A DNA stretch of 43,253 bases. Source: Malacoraja senta (lineage: Eukaryota). Shown one piece after another: positions 32,799 to 43,253 of the stretch; position 1 is the first letter of the stretch; the number at the start of each line of letters is the position of its first letter. The stretch is taken from positions 186,001-229,253 of the forward strand of contig JAXLNO010000041.1 in the NCBI GenBank assembly GCA_038087875.1, in the 5' to 3' direction. The notes beneath the pieces were generated by a model that was not told the DNA's origin, did not search any database, and worked only from the letters and a program-made list of their open reading frames with translations. Position numbers and translations under genes: made by a program.

Positions 32799-33694
32799 CC
32801 TGCGGGTTTGATAGTAAACAATGTTATGGAAAGATTTTTGCGGAAGGTGATGCCAAGTGACAAGTCATAAATCAACCCTGATGATACATAGTAATATATA
32901 TAGTAATATATATAAACATAACTATTTTAAAAATATGGTAATACATATAAAAATAATTGTTATAATAATATATACAAATATAATAATATATACAAATAAT
33001 ATTAGGGAATACTATTTATTGTCATACAAAACAGACATGGTTCGTACGAAATGTATAATTGTATATATTATTATAATATTTATTTTAATATATTTATATA
33101 TATATTTAAATGGATGGATGGAGATATTAACAGAGGACATCGCATCAGGCGTTAAACAGATTAAATGCTTTTGGCGGAATGTCACAATTCTAGAATCGTT
33201 TTGGCATTACGAGAACGCACAGAAGGAAGAGCAGTTCTCAGCAAAGTGTGTGGAGGCTTCTCTGAACTGCTGACAAGAGTTCACTTCAAATACTTCCAGC
33301 TGACTCACTAGATGTTTTTCTCACACAGAAGACGGAATGTTGCTCGAAAGCAAATATCTATATTGCTCTCTGGGTATTACTTCCCCGATTTAATCAAATC
33401 CCTGCTAGGTTTTGTTTGCAATTGCAAAACAACACACTTCCCACATTATTCCGTGGCCCATGGACCGACCCTTTACCCAACCGTCCATTTACTGTTCTCT
33501 CTTGAGTCCTCCCTTCATCTTTGCAATCTCTGAGTATCGGACATAACGCGGTTCCTAGAATGTACGCTCTATTCGCTAACAAAATCAACCAAATACTTAA
33601 TTTTAAACAAACAAATCACATGAGATGAGCGTTAGTGGGAATAGTACGTTATCAGCAATGGTCTCTCCAACGTGCATCACTTTCCAATGAGGAC

Positions 33695-34362
33695 AATAGA
33701 AACATAGAAACATAGAAAATATAAGCAGGAGGAGGCCGTTGGGCCCTTCGAGCCAGCATCGCCATTCACTGTGATCATGGCTGATCGTCCGCAATCAATA
33801 ACCCGTGCCTGCCTTCTCCCCATATCCCTTGATTCCACTAGCCCCTAGAGCTGTATCTAACTCACTCTTAAATCCATCCAGTGACTTGGCCTCCACTACC
33901 CTCTGTGGTAGGAAATTCCACAAATTCACAACTCTCTGGGTGAAAACGTTTTTCTCACCTCAGTCTTAAATGGCTTCCCCCTTTATTCTAAGACAGTGGC
34001 CCTTGCTTCTGGACTCGCCCAACATTGGGGACATTTTTCCTGCATCTAGCTTATCCAGTCCTATTATGATTTTATATGTTTCTATAAGCCCCCCCCCGCC
34101 TCATGCGTATAAACTCCAGTGAATACAAGCCTAGTCTTTTCAATCTTTCCTCATATGACAGTCCCTCCATCGCAGGGATCAATCTCGTGAACCTACGCTG
34201 CACTGCCTCAATCAGAAGGATGTCCTTCCTCAAATTAGGAGACCAAAACTGTACACAATACTCCAGATGTGGTCTCACCAGAACCCTATACGACTGCAGA
34301 AGAAACTCTTTACTCCCAGACTGAAATCCTCTTGTTATGAAGGCCAACATTCCATTATCTTT
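33695..34362 (-). mobile_element. CR1 3' end (duplicate of 12826-13493)
   Basis: ORF 34072-34383 gives LVRPHLEYCVQFWSP; (ATAGAAAC)n tail. Confidence 0.88.
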
Positions 34363-34662
34363 CTTGTAATTGTAAACCAGCATTTTCGGTTCCTTGTTGC
34401 TGCAGATGCAACAGCTGATTTTACACCTGCTCTATTCCCACAATTCATGCCAGTTGAAATCTATGGGGAACCATACGAAGTTGGGGGGCGATGAACGGGC
34501 GAGGAGAACGTCCATACATTTAATATTTCAGGTAAAGGATTTAGTGTAGTTGATGTTCGGAGAATGGTTTCACAGTGGAGAGAAACCAGGGAGGGATTGG
34601 GATGAGGTGTGGCGGGTGGGAGTTACATGGAAACAGCCCCGTCGAGTCAACACCGCCACCGA

Positions 34663-34904
34663 TTACCCGTCCACAACCATTTCCATGTAATCTCAGTTTC
34701 GCACGCCTCTCCCCATACGAGGGGGAATTTTCAGAGGGCTGATCAACCTACAAACCCGCATGCCTTTAGGACGTGGGCTCAAACCGGGACACCCGGAGTT
34801 AACACACGCGTTCTCATGGAGATTGCCCAGCAGCACCCGAGTTCAGGATCACACACGTCTATCTGGAGCTGTCAGGTAGCAGCTCTACCAGCCGCGCCAC
34901 TGTG
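34663..34904 (-). mobile_element. Degenerate SINE (duplicate of 13790-14031)
   Basis: Near-identical to copy A. Confidence 0.7.
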
Positions 34905-35815
34905 TATTCCGCTAATAGTGGGCGATTTCCTTCGGCTGCTCCAGTGTCTTTCCACGAAGGATGGCGAGAATCTATCTGCCATTGCCGCGTGGAAAGTAGT
35001 ATCATCGGTTGGAGTTGATTGGCAGATGAAATTGAGAGATTTGCAATAGTAAGTAACAAGAATGAGATTCGAGGGATTGCTCAGAGCCGGCTTTAATTCC
35101 TCCTGCAGGGCAAGGAAAAGATGTGAAATCCCCTAAATTTATTTTCTCCGCCGATGTCGCCTGAGATTTGTATAGCTTCAAATTTGAGTTGGGTACTCTC
35201 TCCCCAAATCCTCTTCGCTCCAGACTCTAGTATCCCGATTACACCATACGGCAAACACATCCTGTCATTTGGGTCTTGGGTCCTGATATTTAGTTGACAG
35301 CGATGTACATGTTGTTCAATTTGAGGAATTCGCTGGGGCTGCTGGTTTCCGCTCAAGGGTAATTTCACGGTTGTTCACAGCTCATTCTGATTTATTGGCC
35401 CCCACATCCTGCTGTACGTTCGGCTCCTCTCTCTTTCTCGCGCTCTTTCCACCTCCGTCGACCCACCCACGGCCCCTCGGTCCAAACTGCAAACAATCTT
35501 TTTTATCTTGGATTCCAGCGGATATCACACTCTCAGAAAGGAAGCGGTAAATAAACCTCGTGGCCTTCGTTCAAGCAGTCCGATGGAACGGTCTCCCTGG
35601 ACATCGACATCCCAAATGTCCCATTGGCGGACAATGGACGATAGTGATAGGCCAAAGCGCCAATCTGACCATTTCAATGAAGGCGCTTATCTAAAATGGT
35701 CCCATATCGCTGTACTTGGCGCATGTTCTTCTAAATCTTTTCTAACCATTAATTAGCCCAAATGCATCTTAAGTGTTGTAACGTTGCCGACTACGAACAC
35801 TTCCTTACACATATC

Positions 35816-36109
35816 GGCACCGTGGCTTAGTGGTAAAGCTACAGCCTTGGAGCGCCAGAGACCCGGGTTCGATCCTGACTACGGCTACTTGTCTGTACTG
35901 AGTTTGTCCATTCTACCCGTGACCTGCGTGTGTTTTCTTCGAGATCTTCGATTTCACCCAACACGCCAAAAAAAGTCAAGTATGTAGGTTACAGGTTAAT
36001 TGGCTTGGTGTAAATGTAAACATTGTCACTATGGCAGTTTTAAGTGATCACTGGTGGGTGCGGACCCGATTAGGCGAAGGGCCAGCATCCGCGTGGTATC
36101 TCTACATTA
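35816..36109 (+). mobile_element. HE1/V-SINE-like SINE (duplicate of 14947-15240)
   Basis: A box TGGCTTAGTGGT and B box GGGTTCGATCC. Confidence 0.8.
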
Positions 36110-37181
36110 AATATCCACCGTGAGGGAACAAATGCGCTTCACGACGTGTTTGAATGTTTCTCCTCCCTCCTTCGGCTTATGCACTCGTTTGGAGAACCGT
36201 GCCAAATATGAAACTCTTTATCTATTCTACTCGTGATACTATAAACCATGAAAGGTCACCTCACGAACCCGTACAGTGAAGGGATGAAGTTCTCAGATCA
36301 ATCCAGTTTCGTTCTGAATGGAATCCTTCGGGTCCCGGCAACATCCCAGTAAATATTTTCTGCACGCACTCGAAGTTAACATCATCCTTCCTGAAGTATT
36401 GACAGAACTGTATTCGAGAATGATATTCCAAGTGCAGAAAGAAGGAACTGCATAAGCTACTTTAAAAAAAGATACATAACATTATGTAGACATTATTGGG
36501 TCAAACAACATCTCCGGAGAAAATGCACACTATGTTACACATTTAATGCTACAAACCTGTAAATAAAAGTCGAACCTTACACTCCTTTCACCTCCAAAAC
36601 ATTATCGGGAAATCCATCGAGCAACAGGGATATTTTCACCTCTGTGGTCCTGGCGCTTTTCAGTAATCGCGACCAGATGTGAAGTCTGGTGACTTCACTT
36701 ATAGCATGGATTTATATACCAAGAATGCCATTCTTCTGCCGTAACCAACAGATAATAGTTGGCTATGATTTTGGAACTAGTCATTCTTCTTAGTGCTGGA
36801 AATGCATGTTATTTATTAATATCGTCCACCGAGCTAGCCTCAAATGTCTCTGAAATAGAGACGTTTACCTTTTCTCCATGCTAGGTGTCCTTGTTGCCGT
36901 GATTCAGAGGCCACGTGATTTCGTGGCAATTGTAAGTGAGCCCGAATATGTTTCCAAGCATCTAGAAGCGAACCTGCTTGCTTGACATGTGGTGCTGTTA
37001 GTAGACGACTCCATCTTAGTTGAAAACGTGTATACTCCTTTCATTATAGAACTCACCATCGTCGTACACACATGTTCGTGTCCCATAGTGTCAACCACGG
37101 CTTACATTTTCTGTACATTATCAGCTCACCGGACTATATGCGAAATTACAGGTTGAATGGTCTAAAGCAAGCACACATCTG

Positions 37182-38060
37182 TGGGCGGCGCGACTCTCGT
37201 CGGCAGCGGCCTCTGCAGTCCGTCTGTCTTTTTATTACTTTTGTCTCGTTTTTATGTAGTTTTTATTATTTTTTTTGTCGGGGTATATGTGTGGGGGGTG
37301 GAGGGGGGGGGGTGGGGGTGGGGGTGGGGGGGGAGAACTTTAAAATCTTTCCCCTGCACGGGTAACCCGACCTTTTCTTTGTCGGGTCTCCGTTGTCGTT
37401 GGGGCTGGGCAACGTGGAGCGGCCTCCACCAGGAACGACCTGGGGCTCCAGTTGCGGAGCTGCGGACTACTCACCGTGACGGGGCTGGCCGAGTCCGGAG
37501 CGGGTGGAGCTGTGGTGGAGACAATCGCTGCTGCGACCCGACCCCCGGAGATTCGGAGGCTACAACCGCGGGTCTGGCGGACAGCAACACAGGAAGCCCG
37601 CGGGTCCCTGGGGGGATACCGCTTTTCGGGGCTTCCGCAGCGGCGACTTCTACCGCCCGAGTTGCGGGGTTGAAGAGCACCTGGAGCGGGGCTTTACATC
37701 GTCGCCCCGCGCGGCTTGGAGTGGCCGCGGTTTTTTGCGATCGCGCGCCGGCGCTCTAACACCAAGACCCGGTGCGCGACCTTGCATTAACCGGCGTGGC
37801 TTTAATGGCCGCGGGATAAACACCATCGCCCGCCGGGGGCTTTGACTTTGACTCTGACATCGGGGGGGGGGGGAGTGCAGTGGAGAGATACGTTTTTTTG
37901 CCTTCCATCACAACGCTGTGATGGATGTATGTGTAAATTGTGTTGTGTCTCGGGTCTTCTTCGTTTTGTAATGTATGGCTGCAGAAACGATATTTCGTTT
38001 GGACCTCAACGGGGTCCAAATGACAAATTTATCCAAATGACAAATAAAATAATAATAATA
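37182..38060 (+). mobile_element. B-specific GC-rich non-autonomous retroelement-like insertion with 5-bp TSD ATCTG
   Basis: Empty site GCACACATCTGAAGAC in copy A (about 16301-16316). ATCTG at 37177-37181 and 38061-38065. 3' hairpin TTTGGACC...GGTCCAAA and an (AAT)n tail. No protein similarity recognised. Confidence 0.8.
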
Positions 38061-38409
38061 ATCTGAAGACGAGTGGTCGAGACATAGGATGGCATGTCCA
38101 TGCGCGTCGATTGGCTCTGTCTGCAAACTTTGTTAAGCGTGGGCAAAGTAAGGGTAAGGGCTTGCCTCCGTAGTTTATAACTCAATAAGCAAAGATTAGA
38201 GTTCTGCTGGAAATTAATTCAAACCACGCAGCCACGTTCTGCACGCTCTCTATCTGTTGTCCCTCAGAACTCTGTCATACCATGCCCAGCTGTTGAGCAG
38301 AACAAACATGCGACATCTTGCTCGCATTGCGTTGTGCGTGACATCCGTTATTGGTAACAACGTTTATTTTTTTAATGTTTTCATGTCCTTCAAGAGAGAA
38401 TTGCAAATC

Positions 38410-39241
38410 TGTAGATTAATGACGCATGTGAACCAATCACACTTAGCCAGCATCACTAACTCCACCCCACTATAACACTTATACTAAGGCCTATTCCCAG
38501 CAACGTCAGTCTGAGTAGCTAGGATGAACTGACTACACCTTGTCTTTAAATGCTGCCAAGTTACAGTGCTGATTATATATGTGTTTAAATCATATACTCT
38601 CAGGTGTCTGTCTACATGGTGTCAGAAGTGGCATTAATCCCAAAGAACTGAACACTGCCATTAAGCGCCCACACCATCCCACGAAGACAGTAGAGAATGT
38701 TGCGGCAAAGATCGGAACGGACACCCTATTTTCTGTCCGAGATGCAAAGAAACGGTCATACGACAGATCCAGCAGACCACTCCAGCCTCTACTGCCGGGC
38801 CAGGTCGTCCGTCTATGAACTTCAACTGGACATTCTCGTCTGGGCTCTGTTGTACGCCCGACTGATGAGCCGCGATCGTACCTTGTGGACTGTGAGGGAG
38901 CGGTATACCGGAGAAGTCGACAACACCTGCTTGCTGTGAAGGAGCCCCGACCACCGCTTGCTGATCCCTATGCTCCGCCGCTCCAGTTCCAGCCGCCTTT
39001 CGCAATGTCTCACGCCCGTGGCCGCATGCCTTGCACGCCCCCCTCCCACGTCCCTCGGTCTCCACTAACCACGGGGTTACACATACAGCATGTTTCCCCT
39101 CTCGGTCACCACAAGCCTCTCCCGTGCGATTTTCACCTTCAGCCTCTCCGCCTAATCCTTCAGTGGAGGGAGGGGATGGTTGGGTCTGATGCTGACTAAA
39201 GATGTGTTTAAATTATATACTGTCTCAGGTGTCTGTCTACA
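38410..39241 (+). mobile_element. Miniature Gypsy LTR element, copy B
   Basis: TSD AAATC (38405-38409, 39242-39246), PBS 38617-38631, and the same RT-IN fusion as 16655-17486. Confidence 0.88.
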
Positions 39242-42094
39242 AAATCGAAGCGGTCGGGTTAAACATAGAAACATAAAAACATAGAAAATATGTGCAGGAA
39301 TAGGCCATTCTGCCCTTCGAGCCTGAAACGCTATTCAATATGATCATGGCTGATCATCCAACTCAGTATCCTGTACCTGCTTTCTCTCCATACCCCCTGA
39401 TCCCATTAGCCACAAGGGCCACATCTAAATCCCTCTAACTAAATGTTGTGGTCTAGCATAACGGGTCCACAAATCAAGGAGGCACAAGGGAAGATACAAA
39501 ACAAAATACACAAGGTATGCGTAGTCCTTGCCATCAGTAAATGTCGTTTGGCATGTAAATGGCCATCGGGATGTTCCCGTTTTCAGTTTTAGAGATACAG
39601 CACAGAAACAGGCCCTTCGGCCCACCAATTTCACGTTGACCAGCGATCCCCGTACACTAACACTATGCTACACATTGGACACTTTAGTTTCATTCTTGGA
39701 ACACAGATTCTTAGATTCATGGAACACATCGCAGAACAGCATATATTGACGTCGCAACACGTCTCATGCTTCCAGAAACCCACTGCACCGACGAGGTCCT
39801 CTCTCCAGCAGCCGGTCTCCTTACCGGCCCTATGTCGGCCTCCTCCCATTGTGGGCGGGCGAACCGGGACTTCCGGCTGAGTTCCCGCGCGAGGCGCTTG
39901 TGCTCCGTCCTCGGTCTGCGGCTGGCGAACCAGGCTGGTCCTCAGTTATTGGCGATTGAGGTCTGGTCTAGCCAGCGATACTCTGTCCGCGTTGAGCTGC
40001 CTACTGCTGGGTGTGGCCGCGGCTAGATCACATCTGGCCGCGCTTTGGCCACATTCGAGACACATGCAGGTTTGCCGTTTAATTGGTCTCTATAATTGTT
40101 CCTGTGTGCAGGAGAGAGGCTGTGTGCGGGTACTTGCTAGTCGGCGTGGACGTGATGGAGCGAAGGGACTGTTTTCACTCTGTAAACTAAACTAAAGAAA
40201 ACACAAGCAATGTCTTATAGTTCACTCTATAATTCGTTCTCTTCAGAAACGGCACGAAGTTAGATTGTTTTCCTTTCAATGCTACATTATCGTGTAACTG
40301 AAATGTAACTAGCAGATGAAAGTGTTTTCACCGGAAGTAAAGATAATGAAATGTTTCTGGCTTCTTCTTCGCATTTCTTTATTCTTCCATGTACTTTAAC
40401 AAAAGATGAAAAACTCTTTTGTTATTAACATAAATCCTATTAAATCGTAGACAAAAATATCAGCGAGATTGATTCGAATTGATCGGAGAGCACCTTGGTT
40501 CGCATTGAATAATTACAATTGTCGAAACAGAATCTCTTGTTTGTTTCATATTGCTCATGTTGACAGTTGTTCAAAGAAGAAGAAAGATTCACTTGGTTAA
40601 CTTGGTCAACACATTCCTATGTATTCATAATTTGAATGTTTAGTAATAAATTGATCTTTGGCTAAATCGACTAAACCTGTTGTTTTTATTCCTGTGTTGA
40701 AAGAAGTTGCGCAACTTCTGGGGGCAGATAAATCTTCGGTAACCCGTCATGGTCAATGTGTATCTGCAACATCAGAGGTGCAGCTGTAGAAACGCTGCAG
40801 AATATGACAGTGCCCCAATGCCTTAATTCATCGAATCTGCTTTTTAACATTAGTACCGAACTCTCTCTTGAGTACATCAATTTTATTTTATTGCTAATAT
40901 TATGCAATCTCCGGTCAGTCACCAATCAAATACACTTTACTGATTGCACCTGGCGAATTCTATTTTGAAGAAAAATAAACAGCCTTTATCATTAACCTTC
41001 TTTTTCGCCTTCTAACTGCTGCTTTTCCGCTGGAGATTTCTTTTATTTTCTGTGCAATTGTACATGTTCAGTATCTGCGGTATTTTGTATTTTATTAAAC
41101 TACGCCATATTGCAGCTGGTCCAAATTGGGCGCATCTTCTGCTGCATATGCCATACATGCAGGGTACAGCCATTGCCTGAAAATTAAAAAAAAAAACTTC
41201 GTTTAACAGCAGGCACAATCACTGTTCACAATCACTGCACCTCTTCGGACTTCCTGTGGCCATTGCGAAAATAATACCAAACTTCCTAAACCTGGACCAG
41301 ACTCTGCCTGTTTTGGAACTTTGAAAAGATTTTGTTGCGTGCTATCCAGTCAGCAGAAAGACAATACTTGTTGTAATGGAGCCATTTGTAGTATTATAGA
41401 TACATGATAATGGAACAACGTTTATTGCAAGGTGAAGCCAGCATAGCTCAATCAAACATAGTGCTAGGGTCAGCATTTAGGTAGATCAGTTGAGGAACAG
41501 ATTTTTAGTTCACAATGTCGGTGTCGACCCGATACCAAGAGCAGCTCCGATCTACCTGCGCGTTACTGATATCCCTCCATTCCCTGCAGATTCATATCTC
41601 CATCCAAAACTATTTTAAATTCCACTATCGTATCCGCCTTAACCATCAGCCCTGGCAGCGCCTTACATGCACTCGCCACACTTTGTGTAAAACATTGCGC
41701 CGCACATGTTCGTTACATTTTGCCCTTCGTACCATAAAGCTGTGACCTCTTGTATATAATGTTTTACATTCTGGGAAAATCAAAGTTCCGCCAGTCTACC
41801 GGGTCTCATAAGTTTACATAACTCGACCAGGTCTCCCCGCAATCTCCGACGTTCCAGAGGGATAAAAATCCAAATATGACCAATCTCTCCCTGTACCTAA
41901 TACCCGCCAATCCAGCCACCGTGCGCAACTGGACAACTGCGGCTGTGAAACACGCTGTTCTTATTACGTTTCTCCATCTTGCTGAATTGACAAAGTCATT
42001 CACTAATGGCTTTGCTGCCGGTCACCAGTTTCTGCAGCGTGCTAGTTTAGTTAGTTTACATTAGTTTGGTGTAGTTAAAGTAAACTAAACAAAT

Positions 42095-43253
42095 ACAAGT
42101 ATAAATATAAAGGTGTATAGTAAAAGCGTCTTTAGGTATGTGATGAGGAAAAAATAGTTAAGACCATAGTTGGACCCTTGAAGACTGAACAGGGTCAATT
42201 TATTACGGGGTACAAGGAAATGGCAAATGAGTTGGACAGGTACTTTGGATCCGTCTTCACTAAGGAGGACAGAAACAATCTTCCAGATGTACTAGCCGGA
42301 TGATCTGGGGTGACGGAGTAACTGAAGGAAATCGACAATTGGCAGGAAATGGTGTTGGGTAGACTGATGCGATTGAAGGCTGATAAATCCCCAGCGCCTG
42401 ATGATCTGCATCCCAGGGTAGATAAGGAAGTGACTCTAGAAATCGTGGACGCATTGGTGATCATTTTCCAATGTTCTATAGATTCAGGATAGGTTCCTGT
42501 GGATTGGAGTGTAGCTGATGTTATCCCACTTTTTAAGAAAGGCGGGAGAGAGAAAACAGTGAATTATAGATCAGTTAGCTTGACATCGGTGGTAGGGAAG
42601 ATGCTGGAGTCAACAATGTAAGATGAAATGGCGGCTCATTTGGAGAGAAGCAACAGGATCGGTCCGAATCAGCATGGATTTACGAAGGGGAAATCATGCT
42701 TGACTAATCTTCTGGAATTTTTTGAGGATTTAACTAGGAGAATGGACAAGGGAAAGCCAGAGGATGAAGTGCACCTGGACATTCAGAAAGCATTTGATAA
42801 AGTCCCACATTGGAGATTAGTGGGCAAAATTAGGGCACATGGTATTGGGGGTAGAGTGCTGACATGGATAGCTAATTTGCTCATGTTACTTTGATTCCCT
42901 TCATCCAAATCATTTATGTATATTGTAAATAGCTGCGGTCCCAGCACCGACCTTGCGGTACCCAACTTTTCACTGCCTGCCATTCCGAATGGGACCCGTT
43001 AATCCCTACTCTTTGTATCCTGTCTGCCAAACAATTTTTCATCCATGTCAGCGCTCTACCACCAATACCATGTGGCCTAATTTTGCCCACTAATCTCCTG
43101 TGGGACCTTATCAAATGCTTTCTGAATGACCAGGACACTACATCCACTGGCTCTACCTTGTCCATTTTCCTACTTCCATCCTTAAAAAAATTCCAGAAGA
43201 TTAGTCAAGCATTCCATGCTGACTCGGACCGATCCTGTTACTGCTAACCAAAT
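42095..43253. mobile_element. Inverted CR1 RT pair (duplicate of 20345-21518)
   Basis: Plus arm QHGFTKGKSCLTNLLEFFE to about 42872, then the minus arm to the window end. Confidence 0.85.

Larger units (their letters stand above)
26903..43253 (+). repeat. Recent segmental duplication, copy B (runs off the window)
   Basis: Matches 9118-21518, plus three B-only segments: 26960-29178, 30686-31516 and 37182-38060. Confidence 0.95.

Noticed and set aside
37181-37845. Overlapping 113-192 aa ORFs in the GC-rich insertion
   Set aside because: Open frames on both strands are expected in GC-rich sequence; no domain was recognised.
1-43253. CRISPR arrays, rRNA genes, D or J segments, constant exons or further RSSs
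   Set aside because: No repeat-spacer periodicity was seen. The other CACAGTG/CACTGTG heptamers I noticed lie mostly in SINE or CR1 copies and lack nonamers. The scan was by eye.

Overview
Repeat-rich vertebrate genomic DNA, almost certainly from a cartilaginous fish. A skate or ray is plausible: it carries HE1/V-SINE-like SINEs and CR1 tails of the (ATAGAAAC)n type; the taxon is an inference. Two intact host genes are supported. (1) A T-cell receptor alpha/delta-type V segment on the minus strand, with leader exon 1840-1795, V exon 1681-1375 and a 22-bp-spacer RSS at 1374-1337. (2) A two-exon GPR139/GPR142-like class A orphan GPCR on the plus strand (8645-8714 + 9585-10498, 327 aa). Most of the rest is a recent segmental duplication: 9118-21518 is repeated at 26903-43253 and runs off the window. 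The second copy holds a dead GPCR: exon 1 is absent, the splice acceptor changed AG>CG, there is a 1-bp frameshift, and a sense L1 with a 19-bp TSD sits in the intron. Older, more diverged copies of the GPCR upstream block at about 4.4, 6.6-8.3 and 21.1-23.7 kb point to layered birth-and-death duplication next to the V gene. Other contents are many CR1 fragments, a Rex1/Babar remnant, tRNA-derived SINEs, an 832-bp miniature Gypsy LTR element in both copies and an 884-bp insertion specific to copy B. Most short ORFs in the supplied track are repeat-derived. All alignments and difference counts were done by eye and are approximate.
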